Source of the DNA: Raillietiella orientalis
Taxonomy: Eukaryota
Assembly: GCA_036172245.1 (NCBI GenBank)
Contig: JAYWIR010000144.1
Coordinates: forward strand, 1 to 64,000
Reading direction: 5' to 3'
Length of the DNA stretch: 64,000 nucleotides
The notes under the pieces: generated by a model
What the model was told of the DNA's origin: nothing
Database searches by the model: none
Seen by the model: only the letters and a program-made list of their open reading frames with translations
Made by a program: the position numbers and the translations under genes
In this document: positions 1-11,065 of the stretch, piece after piece
Layout: each line of letters starts with the position of its first letter
Position numbering within the stretch: position 1 is the stretch's first letter

Positions 1-83
1 AACTGCTTGCTCAATTCTGCGCAATCTGCTTTTCGTTTTTATTTCCGGTTGTTACCATTTCACTGAGAGTTGGTTTTTTGTAG

Positions 84-522
84 GTATCCATTGTTCTTCT
101 CTTCTGTAGTAGGGGTAGTCAATGTCTCTCTCTGTGTAATAACGTCACTTTAAATGAGGATAGGATTATAGAAGATCAGCTGTATTTTACAAGTCAGACA
201 GGACCGTGCCTTCTTTATTTTGACAACACTGGAACTAATTGTGAAGTGTGGCTGAGTAATCGTAAACATCCTGCACCAAGAAGTCGTTGCAGTTTGGACA
301 TTGAGGTGAGTAAATTTTATCAGAGCCGCAAATATTTTTTGATTTCAGGTGCAGGGACCTCGTGCTTCTGAGCAGATTAATTTCTTCCTTGAGGGACCAG
401 ACCGTTCTTGTTCTTTAACTTTTTCTGGGAGAGTTGAAACGTATGTATTTTTGTGCATTCTTCTTTTCAGTTTGGTAGCTTTTGCTTCTGGCCTCATTGC
501 AATAGAATACATAGATCCTTAA
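84..522 (+). CDS. Putative host gene, last three exons (84-305, 349-440, 471-522); product unknown
   Basis: Acceptor TTTTTTGTAG ends at 83, followed by a 74-codon open exon (VSIVLLFCSRGSQCLSLCNNVTL...SLDIE). GT..AG introns at 306-348 (43 nt, GTGAGT...TTTCAG) and 441-470 (30 nt, GTATGT...TTTTCAG) keep the frame to TAA at 520-522. The second intron is stop-free and in frame, so it is less certain. Confidence 0.55.
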
Positions 523-1859
523 GACCCCTACTGTTGTGCATGGCTTCTTGAAAAGCATTGTTTAGAAGTCGTTTCTACTTTCTTCTGTTCATTATACAAA
601 ATGCGTTAACGGGAATATCTCTTTGATTTGTGTGCATCTCTGTTATGTAAAATTTTTGTGTGAATTAGCACAGGTTTCAGAAATTTTTCGGAGAGAGTGA
701 GTTTGCAATTATTTATTTCAAACTTCTCCTTGCTCCTTCTTTCTCACATCCTCTGGCAGGAATGTAATTTGCGGAAGCAAGGTTTTCTATCCTATGAATG
801 CTTTCCCGTATTTTAATGGATAACTTTCGATTCCGAACAAATGCCTGGGAATTTTTTTAGGCTCCGTCGAGGCCGGAATGTGAAGCCTGTACCTAGCAAA
901 CTGATATGCACATGGACAGCTGGAACGACATTCACTGTAAAGTTGAAGGGCTTAACTGACTAGAAGTGTTATTATTATTTAATTCGAGTAGAATAAAGTC
1001 TTTGCATTTTGCTGTTTATTTTTTTTGGAATTTTGAATTATTCTAAATAAGAAGCTTGTTGCACAGGTACCCTTTCTTTATAGGTCCATATGTGCCGATC
1101 TAGCGATAAAAGCAGAATTAAATGGACTTCTTCTATCCTCGTTTACGTTCTCGATTCCGCATCCCGCACAGAACTGATATCTTCCAAAGATATCGATGCT
1201 ACATTTTCTGTCTTTTGTGCATTTGAAAACATGTTTCATTTTTTTATGTTTTCGAATTTTATCTTACAGTTGTCATATTTTCTTATTATTCCTTTATAAT
1301 CGAAACAACTGGTTGTGTGCATTTTTTGATAAATAGTTGACTGGTTTGTTTGAGGATGTTATTATAATGTCAAACATTTAAACTCAAATTAAAATATCTA
1401 TTTAAAGATCTACTTAAATTATTAATTAGATCGTTGATTTTCATAATAGCTAACTGTTTACTAACAATTATTCTATCGCCATTATCCATTTCTCTTATAG
1501 GGTTTTGTTTACTATGACATTAATTATCATCATCCGCCACCACAACCACCGATTATTTACAATTAACATGATCATAATAATTTCAAGCTTCTTTGCATTT
1601 GATCCTTCAACTCTTTTTTCTGCACTTAATCTGCACTGATATTCAGACCATCTTTATTAGCAATATTAAAAGATACACCCATTCAATCTTCAAATGAATT
1701 CCGAATCCCGCTTGCATGAACTTATGTGCACAAACGATTCCTTACATTCAACAGTTTTATCATAGAATTCTGCATTTCCAGTCTTAACATACGCAATTTA
1801 CACATATCCTTCTTTTGCCTACCTCACATATAACATCCTTTAAGTGCAAAATGTGAAGA

Positions 1860-2268
1860 CAGTCCGTCCTTAGCGAGTCGTTAGTCGGGAAAGACTCCTA
1901 AGCCTCGCTCGACTCTCAAGAATCCTGCGAATTTGTCCGTACCTTGCGATAAGAACGTGCAAAAGGCAAAGGTAGCGAGAAAGCAACTGGCTTTCATAGC
2001 CCAACGGGAATAATTCGAAAGGCCCTCGTATCGAGCCGAGGCAACCTGAAAGACGAAGAAGCCGTCTGGATTCTTGTAGGGGGAAGCGGAGAAGAAACAG
2101 AGAAAAACAAAAGATCCTTCCCATTTACCCATCCGAAAAGTAGGAGGGGTGAGGAGGCATCCCCGTACGTCAAGGAATTCGCAGGAAAAAGTTTCCGCTG
2201 CGGTTGAGTGCGCGGTCGGTGCCGCCTGCCCCGAAAGGGAAGTTGACAACGCCGAGACCTTAAGAGGG

Positions 2269-2305
<37 letters not shown>

Positions 2306-2700
2306 GGGGGGAAGAGGGGGATCGTCGACGGTGGCACCCTCGCTGAATTTTGGAGCACGTCCAAGATGCCAGCAAAAGAGCAGGTAGAAAAAACATTTAT
2401 CGTGCACACGAAATTTCGACTCAGAGTTGGAGTCCGATGGCAGCACAAAGGTTCCCCAAGCCCTTTGGAAACCTTGGAGTGCGCGGAAACCCAAAGTTTC
2501 CAGGAGGAAGCCAGATGCCGCGAACGGTTTTCGATAATCCTCTAAGTCCAGGACAGTATTCTTTGACTCCAAAGAGAGCGCCGCGCGCGGCGTGCAGGAG
2601 AACGAGTGCGGTTGCGCTCCCCAACACGACGCGCTCCAGCCTGATGCCTCGCCGGACGAGGCGGGGGAAGCGCCGCCATTTCCGCAGCAGTAATAAGTAA
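1860..2700 (+). mobile_element. Decayed C-terminal part of a retrotransposon ORF1 (tentative)
   Basis: K/R/E/P/S-rich interrupted frame ending CCGCAGCAGTAA at ~2690, resembling the CAG-TAA(TG) ORF1 ends of other copies. No diagnostic domain seen. Confidence 0.35.
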
Positions 2701-2961
2701 GCTCGTATCCTTTCGTCACGTCCTCATGATCTGCTGAAACGTCAACGGGTTGCAGGTTGATGATAATAGGCGGTTGTTGACTCACGTACTGCGTGAAGTT
2801 CCATCTGGTCCTGCAGCTGAAGATACACGCCTTCTCCGAACAGCAAGCCGCCGATCTCTCAGGTAGGACACACAATTAACGGCAAAGCTCACAGAATGCC
2901 TGCAGAATGCTATTCCTTGTCCGGAACAGGGTAAAAGGGTAGGTGCGGAACTTCCGTTTCC

Positions 2962-3300
2962 ATGTTGCCTCCCAGTCACGGAGGGGCATTTATTATAAAC
3001 AGAACAACCGATTCGGAACAAGGGCCCCACAACGGCTAACACAACAGCGAACCGGGCGGGATGTTGACGGGCAGAACGGCTTGACTCTTCACTGCAGCAA
3101 ACGTGGATAGGGGAAAAAATAAAAACAAAAATAAAGTAAAAAAAATAAAATTAAAAAAAAAATCCTTGGAGGATCGGCAAGAGATCTCTACCTGGTTGGT
3201 GCAGGGTGCATTTACTGCAGGATGTCGTCGAGGTCCTTCATCATATTTGTTTATAGTTGAACGGTCGGGTTGCCATCCACTTGAAGCGAACTGCATATTT
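2962..3300 (-). mobile_element. 3' end fragment (UTR and terminus) of a non-LTR element
   Basis: Minus strand shows a T-rich UTR followed by TAATAAATGCCCCTCCGTGACTGGGAGGC, a variant of the shared 3' terminal motif. Confidence 0.6.
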
Positions 3301-3645
3301 AATCACTTTCCTGTCGTAGTCATCACCTTCTTCGTCAAATCATCTCCAGACGGCAAAAATACAGCGGAAACAGGAAAACGCTGCAACAGATACGGCTCGC
3401 TACTGGGCGTCCCGTAGGAAGAGGAGCCGAAAAACGAATCTGGGAAGTCGACGAAAAACTTCCACGCTACGACCCCGTGTGTCCAGCCGAGAAAACTAAA
3501 GAGATGGGGCGAACTGCTCGGTATCCGAACGGATGACCTGAAGTGGTCCGCGGTATTCACATGATCCAGGATTCTTCCCCTAAAGTGGCAAGAGAGAGCG
3601 CTGTTGCATAGAGGTTGTTGAATAGAGGTCTATCCTGCAACGCGG

Positions 3646-6600
3646 TTGAACGTAAAAGAAGACCTCGAAGGTCTTTCAGTGCTAAGTGGCGGTTGGCGAA
3701 TGGAGCTTGCATGTAGAGATGCACGCCTGGCTCAGCGCCTGCTGAACACCGTCCATGGGGTGGCCTGCTCGACGACTTTCGAGTGTGGGAGTTCCCCCTC
3801 CAGGATTCTTAGGCTGCCGTCTACTTCCTGCTTCTCCTCCTCGCTGGTGGAGGGAGGCCCCTTTTCGGCTATTGGAACTTACGTCCCGCATTCCGAGGGG
3901 TGCTTCCAACGAGGGAGATGTGCTTCCGAACCCCAGGTCGAACTCACCTGCGTGGGCCTTCTTGGGCGGAGCCAGCCTTCGCACTGCCTTGCGCGAGGGA
4001 TTCTCACGCTCGGCCAGCGTGGCCGCGAGCTCCTCCACCGCCTTCGCGAACGCGTCCACATCCTCAACGTCGGCAAGCGCGTCGCGCGTCTCACTCTCTG
4101 TGTAAACAGAGAATTCGCAGTCCGAAATCTCCGGCACAGCGGAAGCGGCGAGGAGAGGCTTGTCGTCCCGGGTGGCTGCCACCGGAACGTCTACGCGCTC
4201 CAGTGCCACCGGAACGTCTACGCGCTCCAGTGCAACCGAGCACTGACAGAGTTTTTTCGGACGCGACTTTTTCGTTTTTCGCGCGTCGGTCGCGACCTTT
4301 TCCTCTTCGACTGATGCCTTTTTTTAAGGCTTTTCCTTTCTGGCGTCAACCAGCTGCCAACCCACCTCGTCTATCGCGTCTTCGGAAGTTTTTTCTTCCG
4401 ACGCCTGTGTGGGAGGAAGGGTGGCTTGCAGCTTCTGTAGACCAGATTCTGTATTTGGTCTTTAAACCAACTTTCCTCGTGTTGCCAGCGTCTTTTAGGA
4501 AGCAGGCGGCACTGGAGTGGGGCGCTTAGGGCACACACGGCGCATGTGACCCTTTTCTCCGCTTAAGTGGCACACAATGTGCGGGCAACTTTTACGTAAG
4601 TGCTCTATTGCATGGAAAGAGTTAAAAAAAAGGGGTTTCTTTACGTGTTAGAGGCCTACCGATTCTTAGCAGACCTCGAGTTTGTGAAGCAGCGCACCAC
4701 CCTCATGCACTGTAACACGCGCTGCTGTCTGTACCCCAAATAGGCTGTCATATCCATAGAAAATCCTGCGTTTCGGCCAGAACGCGTGCACATCTTATTT
4801 CTTTAGCTCGCCATTGAACGCAGACAGCGTCATAAAGCTAATAATACCAGTGACATGGACCATAACGCTGCAGTCCATCGTCGGTTGCACTGGCAATGCC
4901 GCGCCCGCAGTACCTGCGGGATCGCGTTCTTCGTCAAGCCAGCCATCGACACTGATGTGAAGGGCGTACTCTTTGATGACGACGGTCGAGTCGACCAGCC
5001 GATTCTCAGGTGGTACGACTCGATCGATCTGATCGTCACAAACGTGTATGCCCCCAACGGCAAGCAGGGCAACAGCTGAGGAAACAGGTTGCTGCAAACC
5101 CTGAAACGCGACTATCTGGCGGAAAGGACCGTGCGAAAGGCTCACCTGATAGCGGGAGATTTCAATCTTCGCCTGCTAACAGGTGAGCCGGAAACACAAG
5201 TGAACGCGTTGAACGAGTTGTGCGCCGCCATGCGTGCGCGCAACTTGTTCGCGGGTGAGAAGGGAATGGTCCGCAGCAGCGACCACGTCTTCCTCGACAC
5301 AGACCTTTGTTTGCGGGTCGGCAAACAAGGGAAAGTTGCGTCAACGTTGTTGGACCATTCCCGGTTGAATTTCGAGATGCGGCTTCGCGACAAGGGACCG
5401 CCATCCTGGGAATGGCGTCTGCCGGGTAACTGGAAGCGACTCTCAGGTGCGACGGAACACCTTCGCGAATTCCTGAGAGGCGTCACGCTCCAGAGTCTCA
5501 CGGATTCGGACCTCCTCAAGGCCTCGGTATGGGAGTTCTGCGAGCAGTTCCCCCTGGGCCGCCTGCCCTCCAATTTCGGCGAGGGTCCTCCCAACCATTG
5601 GGCCTATTTAGAGGCCCGTAGGTACGAGCGAACCAATAATGTCAGTCGCCTGGCCGAGTACCGCGCCGGGGCCGATCGCCAAGCCTGGAAATCCGGGTCG
5701 GCCAGCTTGCTGGACGACCAGGGCCGGGAATGTTCGTCCCCGGCGTCGGTACTGCATCTCGTGCGGAGTTATTATTCCTCCCTTTCCGCCAGGGCGTCCC
5801 CGGATCAAGATGCCTCTCGGTTCTTGCTTCCGGATGCTGCCGCGGCAATAGGGGAGGAGGAGTCGTTAAGCCTCGATAAGCCTCTTACCACCGGCGAAAT
5901 TCTCGCCGGTATCAAAAGGCTCAAGAGGCGGAAAGCTCCAGGGGAAGACGGCTTGCTCGTGGAGTTCTATCAGAGCTTCGCGGAAGAGCTGGCACCCCTG
6001 CTGCTTCAGCTGACAAGGCTGATCCGAGACGAAGGCGATGTTCCCGCCTCGTTTCGGTCAGCCAGAGTGAGGCTCCTTCCGAAAGAAGGAGACCTTAGGA
6101 ATTTGAACAACTGGCGTCCGATCACGATTGTGAATACGGACGCCAAGTTGGTTGCCGGGCTATAAGCTTCGCGTCTGGGCAGGTGGCAGAATCCATAATT
6201 AGCCCGGAGCAGACATATGCTGTTCCCGGGCGAAGTATGAATGCCAACCTCTTCTTCGCGAGCACATGGATGCACGCGCAGAGGTGTCAAAAGGAAGGGA
6301 AAGGAAAAATCGGCAACTTACTTTGGGGCCGCCAGCAGGGCAGAAAATGGACTCCCGGGCGAGGAAGGGGGCCTTAGCGCTCGCAGTCGATCTCCATAAG
6401 GCGTTCGACTGTTTTGACCAGGGGCTTTTGCTGGAGCTCCTGGTTCGCATGGGCTTCCCACCCTCCTTGATTACCTACCTGCGCTCTTGCTGGCGGAATG
6501 CGATTATCACCATCTTTTTCAGTAGTCAGAAGGTGTATGGCATGCCGTTGCGGCGAGGCATCAGGCAGGGAGATAGCCTTAGTCCCCTGCTCTACAGAAC

Positions 6601-8500
6601 CTACTTTGAGTTGGTGCTGAGAGCCTACAGAGTGACTTTGGCCTCCTTGCCGAGATCGTGTCCCGGCACGCCCGCCGTAGAAGCCTTTGCCAACGACCTT
6701 CTGCTCCTGTCACCTATGTCCACCCCGGCTTCGGTGGTCGAGAAGTTCTTCGACCTGCTGAATCGAGGAACCGGGCTTCCGGTGAACAGGGCAAAGTTGT
6801 CCGTGATGCCAGTTGGTGCGGCGTGGGCAGAGTAGCAGGACTGGATCCGTTTGGGGATCCCCACGGTGAGGTGCTTCAAGTACCTTGGTGTGCCGTTGGG
6901 GGACTACTCCTTTGCGGAAGCGTGGTCCGGCTGCCTTCAAAAAGTGGAGACGGCTATCGGCCCGTTCCGAGGCGCAGGATTTTCCTGCCTGAACGGGCCG
7001 CGGTTTGGAACATGTTCGTGGCTCCTCTCCTCCGTTCCCTGCTTTTTGTTTGCACCCCCACAGAGAAGATCAAAAAGCGGACGATAGACCTCCTCCGTAT
7101 CGCCCTTTGGGGCAACGGGAGGGCCCGAGTCCGCTTGAACGACTTGTGCGCTTCGCGTCGGGACGGTAGTCTCGGCCTGCTGACATTGGAGCGGCTGGAG
7201 CTGCAGCTCCAGTTCCGGATTTCGGCACTTGTGCTGGAGTTGTGGTGAACCTGTTGGTGCATTTCTGCACGTCTCCTCCTTCAGCAAGCCACCGGCAAGA
7301 CAAGACTTACGTCGTTTCTTGCACTCCATCGAACCCGCATCAACCGATGTGGGCTTCAGCTACGGAGGGTGGCTGTGCTGGCAAGGAAATATCAAAGATG
7401 GATCACCTGTCTCCTTGCGAACGGTAGTGCCTGGTTGCAGGAAACCGTTCGTACGTCATGACAGTTCGGCATGCAACCCTGCCATCAGCAACGAAGGTTC
7501 CTGTTTGGGTGTTACAGAAGTTGCACGCTCTGTGAGATCCTGGAGGATCCTAAGAAGAGAGCGTGGTCAGGAAGAACCCCCCTCGCTGCTGCGCTGGACT
7601 CCCTAGTGGAACATCAGGACAGCGATGCTACGGCGAAGTGGGAGGTTACAATCAAAATCTCCGGGAAGGAGAAGAAGCAGAGAGAGTGGAAGACGGGCCA
7701 GCTAACTGATGCTGCGACCCCGAGTACGCCTCCTCATGGACTTCTGCGCTGGGAAGCGCTGCTGGATGTTCCGATTGAACATGTGAAGTGGCCCCCGATT
7801 CTTATGAACACTTTCATCCTCCCCCTAAAATGGCAACAGTTTCCCGTTGCAGCACTGGGGACTACCCTGCAACGCCCGTCGACACCACTGGACTTGGGGA
7901 GCGGTGGATCCCAATTGTGTAAGGTGCGGGGAACGGGAGTCCCTCCCGCACCTCCTAGTGGATCGTGATGCCCTTCGGCCCCTTTGGTTCCGCTTTGCCG
8001 CGGCCATCGGTATCCCTTGCAGCAACCCCAGGGACGCACTAAAAGCCTTCTTCGTTGCCGACGCCCTTCGGCCAGCGTCCTCGATAGCAGCCTTGTGCTG
8101 CCTTCGTGGGATCGTCGCCGCCTGGAGCACGGCGACGGGAGGACCTAGCGATCAGGAAGCCATCCAGTGCGCCTCCGAATTCCTGAGGAGGGCGTCGCAA
8201 TGGCCCCACCTGGATGTTCAGAACAAACAAGAGCTTGCCAGCATCCTGAGAGGAATGATTCGGCACCAGCAGCAACAGTGATCCCTTCCCGTTCCCTCCC
8301 ACCCTTTGTTTTTTTTTTGTTTAGTTTTTTTTCTTTTTCCCCTTTCCCCTGCTGCCTTGGTGGACCGTACCGGTCTAGAAACCGGTGAATTGGCAGGCGC
8401 CGTGGTTCTTAGCTTCTGGCTGGAGCATTGCCACAGCCATTAATAATTTGTTTACAAAGTTTATTTTTTTAATAAACGACTCGGAGAAATCCGGGTGAAA
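3646..8500 (+). mobile_element. L1/Tx1-like element, 5'-truncated, with an inverted ORF1 segment (~3750-4880) and complete 3' end
   Basis: ORF1 piece MELACRDARLAQRLLNT on plus; ORF1 remainder (MDCSVMVH...AFAKAVEELAATL) on minus; then EN/RT on plus, T-rich UTR and terminus AATAAACGACTCGGAGAAATCCGGGTGAAA. Confidence 0.85.
4880..8281 (+). pseudogene. ORF2 (APE endonuclease, reverse transcriptase, C-terminal CxxC/H motif), disrupted
   Basis: NVYAP, IAGDFN, DHVFL, KAPGEDGL, WRPITIVNTDAK, DLHKAFD, GIRQGDSLSPLL, FANDL (degenerate YADD), KYLG, GSLGL, CVRCGERESLPHLL; several stops and frameshifts. Confidence 0.92.
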
Positions 8501-8515
8501 ATCGAAAGCTTTACG

Positions 8516-8985
8516 TTGGCTAAAGCGGACGTGTTTCCTCGGTGCTCCTCGTGCCGGGAACCGTGCCTAGGTGTAGGCTTCGTGTGGTGGTGGTCGATCA
8601 GGCAGCAATGCCTGACGCGACCACCAGTACGTGTCAGGGGGCGGTGGCAAGGTCGCCTCCTGAAGAAATGGAGTGCCAGATGACGGCGGCAACGTCGCCT
8701 CTAGAGAAGGTGGTGTGCCAAGGGGCGGCGGCAACGTCGCCTTCAGTTGCGAAGGAGGTGGGGGCGTCCGCCCCCACAAAACCGTTCCCCGCTGCAGCGC
8801 GGGCGTGGAGCGCCGTCGTGTCGGCGCCATCGCCTGCAGCCGCGGCGGAGTTATCTGCCTATGTGGAAGAGGGGTATAACCCATCACTATTCTACAAGGT
8901 AGGAAATTTGTATTCTGCTGAGAGTGCGTGCGACTTTTCGATGGGGATGCGCGCTCTCGATGTTAAAGAAGAGGAGCTCGAAAAT
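8516..8985 (+). mobile_element. 5' end and ORF1 N-terminus of a non-LTR element, 3'-truncated
   Basis: GCGGACGTGTTT at 8525; AAATSP repeats; AYVEEGYNPSLFYKVGNLYS motif shared with 10701- and 52016-. Confidence 0.85.
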
Positions 8986-8989
8986 GGTG

Positions 8990-9560
8990 GGTTTCGGCCG
9001 CAGTGCGTGAACCTCACCGTACTTTCTTAATTCCTCACCAGCTGCTGACCGCGTCATGCGGCTGGTGATGCCAGTCATGTGGACCACCACGGAGCGGTCC
9101 ATTGATACCGGCAGGATTTTGCGGCCGTCTACGTTCAGCGGCGCATGGATTAGGCGGTGAGCCAAGGTGACATCTTTGCAGACCACCTCGACCCGCTGCC
9201 CGCCGCTGAGGACGGAGAGGCTGTCCAGATCCTTCTCGGTAACATTCGTGTCTTTCAACGCTTAGATGAAGGCGCGCGCTGTCCGGCCGTCAAACGAGTT
9301 GCCTACCTGGTAGACAAGCGATGGCTTGTACCCGGAGGCCTTGTATGTGGCCATCTCCGCCATGGCTTCTGCGCTGGGCGCGGCCACCATGGCGCTCCAT
9401 GTCCTCGGCGTGGCCGGGGATGATTCCGGAACGGCTGCCCCTGCTCCAGTAAGCTGTGGGGGCGAACTAGCCTCCCCCACTCTCACCTCCATCGCGGTGT
9501 CCTCTGGCGTCGTGGCCATTGGACACCGACGATGTACACAAAACTCCACACACTAGAAAG
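8990..9560 (-). mobile_element. ORF1 N-terminal fragment of another subfamily
   Basis: WSAMVAAPS...YKASGYKPSLVYQVGN and VEVVCKDVTLAHRL...MDRSVVVHMTG, homologous to the other ORF1 proteins. Confidence 0.8.
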
Positions 9561-9584
9561 CGCTTTCCTACTACCCTTTGAGGA

Positions 9585-11050
9585 GTGAAGGAAAAACACG
9601 TCCTCCAACTGGCCGTGGAGGAAGCTGGCTGCAACGATGCAGCCAGCTCCTCCGCCGCACGCTCGAAGGCGGCGTCATCGATCACGGTCTCGATGACGGA
9701 TGCCTCCGCCGGTTCGCTCCCCACGCTGTTGACATTTTCAACAGTGGGTTGCTCGTCGGTAGCAGCGATTTCTACCTTGCGGCGTTCGGCGGGGACGCGT
9801 TCCACGACGACGCTGCATTCTTTTAAATTCTCGCTAACCTGGTATTTTTTATTTTGGTAGGTGGGCTTTTTTTCGATTCGTCGCTCTTTCTTAAACTTTT
9901 TTTTCTTTTTCGCTGTAACTTCTTGCTTTCCGACACCTGACCGCTTTTGTCAAACTTTTCAGCATTCGTTGCCGGGGTGTCGGCTGAGGCCTGGACCACG
10001 GGAGTTGGTGGCACATCTTGAGCGGCAGCCTTCGCCGCCAGTTTTTTCTGCAGCAATCGCGCGCGTTTTTTTAGGTTCCTCGCGGAAACCACGCGCACAG
10101 CGGATTGTGGACACACTTCCTTCGTGTGGCCCATTCTCACGCATACCAGGCACTGTACGTTGGGGCACCTCCTTTTGAGGTGTCCCGACGCGTTGCAGAA
10201 GCCACAGTATTTAAGCTTCCCCACGTACCAGAGGTCGACGCTTTCTCCGCCGACCACCACTTTGTGAGGAAGGGTAGAGCCCTTCCGAACGGTTACACGG
10301 GCAGCCGTGAAACCGCACTGAACTGTGGTATAGTCCTCCAAAATACTAGGCTTGGTCCATACTGCATGGACCGTACCTTCTTTTCCCAACGCGGCGCGTA
10401 ACTGTTCTTTCCGCATCCGCGCGGTAACTACTAAAAGGTGGACCACCATACTGTGGTCCGCCGTAACGGGAAGTAGCCTGCGTGTCTCCATTACCACGGG
10501 GGTTTTATGCAGACGTTGGGCCAGATCTGCATGTTGGCAGATCACCTCTACGTACTGCCCCCCACTACGAATGGTGATAGCGCAGAGCTCCCCCTCCTTA
10601 ACATTGAGAGCGCGCATCCCCTTCGAAAATGCGCGCGCACCCTCAGAAGAATACAAATTTCCTACCTTGTAGAATAGTGATGGGTGATACCCCTCTTCCA
10701 CATAGGCAGATTATTCCGCCGCGGCTGCAGGCGATGGCGCCGACACGACGGCGCTGTACGCCCGCGCTGAAGCGGGAACCAGTTTTGTGGGGGCGGACGC
10801 CCTTACCTCCTTTGCCACTGAAGGCGACGTTGCCGCCGAACTCTGGCACTTCAACTTTTCTAAAGGCGACGTTGCAGCCTACACCTGGCACTCCATTTCT
10901 TCAGGAAGCGACGTTACCACCGCCCCCTGACACGCACTGTTGGTCGTGTCAGGCATTGCTGCCTGAACGAACACCACCATACACGAAGCCTACACCTAGG
11001 GACGGTTCCCGGCACGAAGAGCACTGAGGAAACACGCCTGCGCTAACCGA
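9585..11050 (-). mobile_element. 5' end and ORF1 (RRM-like region plus two zinc knuckles), 3'-truncated
   Basis: ORF 9823..10701 contains CGFCNASGHLKRRC and CLVCVRMGHTKEVC; close paralogue of 50553..52016. Confidence 0.9.
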
Positions 11051-11065
11051 CGTAAAGCTTTAGAT

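Larger units (their letters stand above)
1849..5494. repeat. Left arm of a large near-identical inverted repeat
   Basis: Reverse complement of 60377-64000. Identical ORF translations on opposite strands (e.g. 4795..5145- equals 60726..61076+; 3303..3560- equals 62338..62595+). Confidence 0.95.

Noticed and set aside
1090..1299. 69-aa ORF in the AT-rich flank
   Set aside because: Short, low-complexity C-terminus, no recognisable motif; consistent with chance.
1400..1848. Possible coding remnant on the minus strand
   Set aside because: The frames I tried are interrupted by stops and no motif or consistent splice pattern was found.
1881..2396. ORFs with poly-Phe/Pro or poly-Lys/Gly tracts
   Set aside because: These are translations of the A29-G14 homopolymer, which is absent from the other arm.
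5089..8281. Bacterial RT system (group II intron, retron, DGR) or CRISPR array
   Set aside because: APE endonuclease plus CCHC ORF1 and a eukaryote-like flank indicate non-LTR retrotransposons; no regularly spaced repeat-spacer array is present.
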